Part shown: positions 60,101-64,000 of the stretch, piece by piece
How positions within the stretch are numbered: position 1 is the first letter of the stretch
How the letters are laid out: each line of letters starts with the position of its first letter
Assembly: GCA_964036045.1 (NCBI GenBank)
Contig: OZ038378.1
Location: 175,956,001-176,020,000 of the forward strand
Length of the DNA stretch: 64,000 bases
Direction of reading: 5' to 3'
Source of the DNA: Eutreptiella sp. 'Long Island Sound 2002'
Lineage: Eukaryota; Protista; Euglenida
The notes under the pieces: model-generated
Databases searched by the model: none
Seen by the model: only the letters and a program-made list of their open reading frames with translations
What the model was told of the DNA's origin: nothing
Position numbers and translations under genes: made by a program

Positions 60101-63100
60101 AAAGTTCGCCATGTGGGAGCCACGGCAACTTGGACATCATGGATCAGGTCAAAAATGGGCTGCCCACGATTGACCAAAAAAGCGAGTTTCAAACTGAGCG
60201 TGGAGAAATCTTTCTGTGACATCTGTTGTGTCTCAATCATTTGGGCATTTGTGGCACCATTCTTTTATCTCAGCATCAACAAAGCTCTTCAGTGCACCCA
60301 AAATTTCATTCATCCATTGGGCATTTTTGTACCAGCTGTTCCACCGTGTTTGGCAGGGATCTGGTGGGGAGGTCTTTGCAATTCTGGTCAGGCGGCGGCG
60401 GCGTGACACATTTTTCTTCCCTTTGATGAAACTTCTCACCAAAGATTTGAGATGGTTGAGGTTGAGGATGTGTGCCACACACCTCTGGTGGTGGGCGTTG
60501 GGGAGGAGGGGCTTCAGAATCTCCTCCATTTTGCAGCCAAATATGAAGAAATTCTCCCATTTTCCCCCATTTTCCCCCATTTCCCCCCATTTTCCCTCTA
60601 CTCCATTGCTCATTGGATGACCCTACCCCCCCGGTGACCAGCCAAAAAGTGCATTTTTAGGGCTTTCACGTGCAGGTTTCCCCCATTTTTCCACGAAGAA
60701 CAAAGAAATTTGCCCATTCACCCCCATTTTCCCCCACTTTTCCTATGTTGCCCATTTTTCTAGATAGTGCACCGGTAATGCACCGGAAACGGGTGATTCT
60801 TGCCCTTGTACTTCTGGGTGGGGGCCCCAAGCATTCAGGGTAGTAATATCCTTGGCCACTAGGTAATAATATCCTTGGCCACTGGGGTAAAAATACCCCG
60901 CTTGGGGGCCTCGGATGCAAAATGGCGAAGCTGAAGAAACATGGCTGCGTGAATAACACAGCACACACACTCCCATACAACCAGGTGCTCAGGGCTGCCA
61001 GCCATAGCCCCCACAAGGCCACACCTGCGGGCGAGAAGGGGCGGCTAAACTGAGATTGTACATGTGCACCTTGACTATAAATCTACAGTCGACTGCGGGT
61101 GGATTGCTGACCAGATGTCTCTCTTGTATCAATGACCAAGCACTTCAAATAGCAAACCAGGACCGTCCGCAATAAAGGGGTGGAAAAAGAAAAGAATATT
61201 ACGGCACACCTCACAAACAATCGCACACGTTCCCGCGGAAATCAACAAACGAAATAGGCCGTAACAATTGCCACTCATGACTACATAGCATTCAGCTGAT
61301 AGCATTTGGTACCAGTCGGTGCTTAAAAAACCATTAATTGCTGGCAGTTGGTGGTTAACGCCGGCGGTTCGTGGTGTACCGTTGGCCCAGGCGGGCATCC
61401 TTAAAGACCTTCCTTAGTAGGGGAGAAAAGGCTCGTTAAGGACACCACTGTATCATGATATCCCCCAAAAGGCGATCTCTCATCTCCATTGTATGGGTGC
61501 ATCAATGGGTTTAAGGAAATGCCCCATGCTGTTGACAAGCATATGCCATGCCCTGTTGCCCCACCCTTGATTGTTTTCTTCGACATCGCCTCCCCAGGAA
61601 GACTGTCCACGTACCTGTGTGGCCACAACCCACGGCGCAATATACAGCAGCAACTGGTTTCCAGTGCAGCCATAGGTGCTTTGCACATGTTTTAGGCTCA
61701 AAGCATTGATCGTCCCACACAAGGGGCCCAAACATCCGAAGCACAGACCCACAAAGGTCAAGCGCACATCAGTTACGGTTGCCAGACAAATGCCCCCAAT
61801 CAAGAATGCGATGGCGATCATGGTCCCTGGACATCACAATGACAGTTTTTTCATGGAAATGGAAATGCGTGCAACTTCGACCATGCAACGGGCGTTCAAT
61901 CGGCCAGATATTGTCAACAGCACGCACATCCGACTGTTCTTGTGGGTTTGTAATACTTTTCATTCGTGGGCGGACTTTTCACGGAAGTAAAGATCACCAA
62001 TGGCCAAAATTAGCCAGCGGACCAAAATCATTGTTGCAAAAACTTGGGTTCATTTTTGTGGTCGTCGCAATGGTGGCAGCACCCCACCCTGCCCAAATGC
62101 ATCCCAACTCAAAGCGACAGAAGATTTGGTATTGGACCATTGATACTTCCTGTAGTTATAGCGCAGGGCATCTACATTAACTTTTGGAACAACATGACTA
62201 TCCATAACATGTGAACGAACAAACAGGGGTCTACAATGGGAGCAAAGGCAAAATATCAAGGCACTTTGATATTTGATTGCCCAATCGCATTGTTCGCTGA
62301 AAACCCACAGCGATGACATCCTCGCCCCATCACTATCCACATGACCAGCAAGATGGCACGTCTTCGTCACTGACGGTCACCCACATCTTCGACTGTGATC
62401 ATGGTGTAGGCCTTTCAGCCGCCAAGTTTTGACTGCCATCCCCTAAGGGATCTTTTTGCTTCAGCTCCTGTCCGTTCCACCAACGTGGACTTTTTTTTTT
62501 TGGCTTTTGGCACAAATGCCACCATGACCCATCCCGCTGCTTCGTTTTGAGGCAACTCATTGAAATAAAGCCTCGGCCATGAGATTTGTGCGTGACGGAG
62601 AAATCAAATCATGCGAATAAATTTTCTCAATTGCGGCTTGAAAACCTCGTGGCGCTGTTTTTGAAATAAATTGGCCAAGGGCTTTTTAACCCTCCGTGGA
62701 TTTTCCGGAAACCAAGGCGATCTCAACAGATAAGCACGGGCAAGCACGAGCAATGCTTCAATGTGTCCTCTGGATATGGTGTCCCGAAAGTTGAACTACA
62801 CACTTTGGCGGAAAATCACGCCCTCATCAGGTCTAAAGGAAATGAATGCACACATGTCAAAAAAAATAGAGAAAGTAGAGTCCCAACCACAAAACTGCCC
62901 TCAAAGACACACAAAGTTAATTCCCATCGCTGGACACAGGCGCTTTGTACAAAAATTATGCGGCTACACAGCAGCACTTCTTGAGTTGGCCCCAGGGGTT
63001 GGGGGGGGGGGGGGTGGGGAAGGGAGCACTCCGATGGTACAACACGCGATTTAGCTCTCGCACTTTCAATTGGTTTCTGTTCATCTGGCCGCTCTAACCG

Positions 63101-63554
63101 CTCTCACCGCTCTCCACAACCCTCAACAACCCTCAACAACCCTCCAACCCGAGATGACAGCTTGCAAAACGGAACCTAAATTGTACCGCGTCTTGAAAAA
63201 TATAAATTCTCCGACACAAGTAATTGGCACGTTTAGCATCTTCAGCAATTGATATGTCCCCACGGTATTGAACTTGAGGCTGAGATTGACGAACACGTTG
63301 GAGAGGGCCCCCGACAGGATGATTAGGGCGCGGACCTTACGAGGGGGCGGCTCCACATCCGGAGCTCGGCATTGGACGCTCACAAACGCGAACACCGTGC
63401 AAGTAATTTGGTGCAGCGTCAGCAGCAACGTAGGACCAAACCCGAAGTGGTACGAAATGTACAATTTTTTGTTGATAGTGATAATGCTGGTGGTGCAGGC
63501 CACATTGAGAATGATAACCAACAACGCTACAGCGTTGCCCGCCAATGCAGCCAT
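54170..63554 (-). CDS. Nucleotide-sugar transporter, TPT/SLC35E-like (UXT/URGT-like); exons 63554-63176, 61826-61615, 55466-55299, 54394-54170 (327 aa)
   Basis: Phase-consistent GT-AG joins. Motifs: SIITINKKL...F.F...L..LH; NLSLKFNTVGTYQLLKML..P; G..LATVTDV; QLLLY.AP; TSALTLQVLGHVK.VLI; multiple TM segments. The substrate cannot be inferred. Confidence 0.9.
59499..60560 (-). pseudogene. hAT-family transposase relic (frameshifted, N-terminus missing) in intron 2 of the transporter gene
   Basis: HQRCVAHILNL (CxxH), CQTRWNSWY, and the C-terminal dimerization domain ILDWW...LPLLYAVARRALAVPATSCDVEHCFS, spread over three reading frames. Confidence 0.88.
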
Positions 63555-64000
63555 GGCAACTAGAAAAAGGTTAATGCAAAAAAGCACACAACAGAAGGAA
63601 AACATATTACAGACCTTAGACATGGTCACATCAGGCTTAAGGATTGGTCCTGCTCCAGGCTGCATGCTCCGGGGGCCCACACATTTGGGTGAGAGTCCTC
63701 TTAGGCTTGGCCCAGCACCCTCGTACTGCCAGCACAGAGATAGGGTAAGTGAGGGATTTCCGGCCTTCCTGGGGACCCAATGGGACTGTGGGTGCAGCAG
63801 GTAGTTTTGCCAGTTGTTTGCAAACTTCTTGCTTGTTCTTTCTCTCTGGTCAGCGATGGAGTCTATGTTGGGGAAGCGCATGACATACCATTTTTTGACA
63901 TTTCCCGGGGGCCGCGGGGGGGGGGGGGGGGCTGAGCGCAGTCATTCAGAAACGGACTAAATGTACGGTTCTGCCTGAGCCAGAGACTGCAATGTTCACA

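Noticed and set aside
59193-60961. Candidate hAT TIRs (TAGTGTTTGTC / CTGTGTTATTC) and TSD
   Set aside because: The match is too degenerate and there is no 8-bp target duplication.
3586-63930. Numerous poly-G/poly-C runs as potential G-quadruplex elements
   Set aside because: Ubiquitous in this window and mostly parts of small repeats; no specific pattern stands out.
1-64000. rRNA, tRNA or snRNA genes
   Set aside because: None recognised by eye; tRNAscan-SE or Infernal would be needed to exclude them.

Overview
This is eukaryotic nuclear DNA, intron-rich and repeat-rich. Long GT-AG/GC-AG introns, polypyrimidine+AG just upstream of most start codons, and MITE-like intronic repeats suggest a protist, possibly a euglenid; that assignment is inference and was not checked. 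Four spliced genes can be assembled with consistent exon phases. (1) A signal-peptide FkbM-family methyltransferase (+, 2340-6494). (2) A membrane-anchored 2H phosphoesterase (+, 10684-15143). (3) A large multidomain protein (-, 46559 to about 28390): Dpy-30/RIIa-like docking helix, C2H2-like finger, R-S-E ADP-ribosyltransferase, ankyrin, LRR and WD40. (4) A TPT-family nucleotide-sugar transporter (-, 63554-54170). The rest is transposon debris: a Ty3/gypsy pol relic, a young 2.4-kb non-autonomous LTR element, relics carrying Dam-like methyltransferase domains, non-LTR RT, pogo-like and hAT relics, foldback/MITE-like arrays and microsatellites. Two observations stand out. The LTR element has no tRNA primer-binding site but has a perfect 12-nt self-complementary one (Tf1-type self-priming). 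The ART protein has intact catalytic motifs, and its catalytic exon is bracketed by a near-identical 224-bp intronic inverted repeat. No rRNA, tRNA or CRISPR array was seen. All assignments come from motif recognition by eye; no database searches were run.
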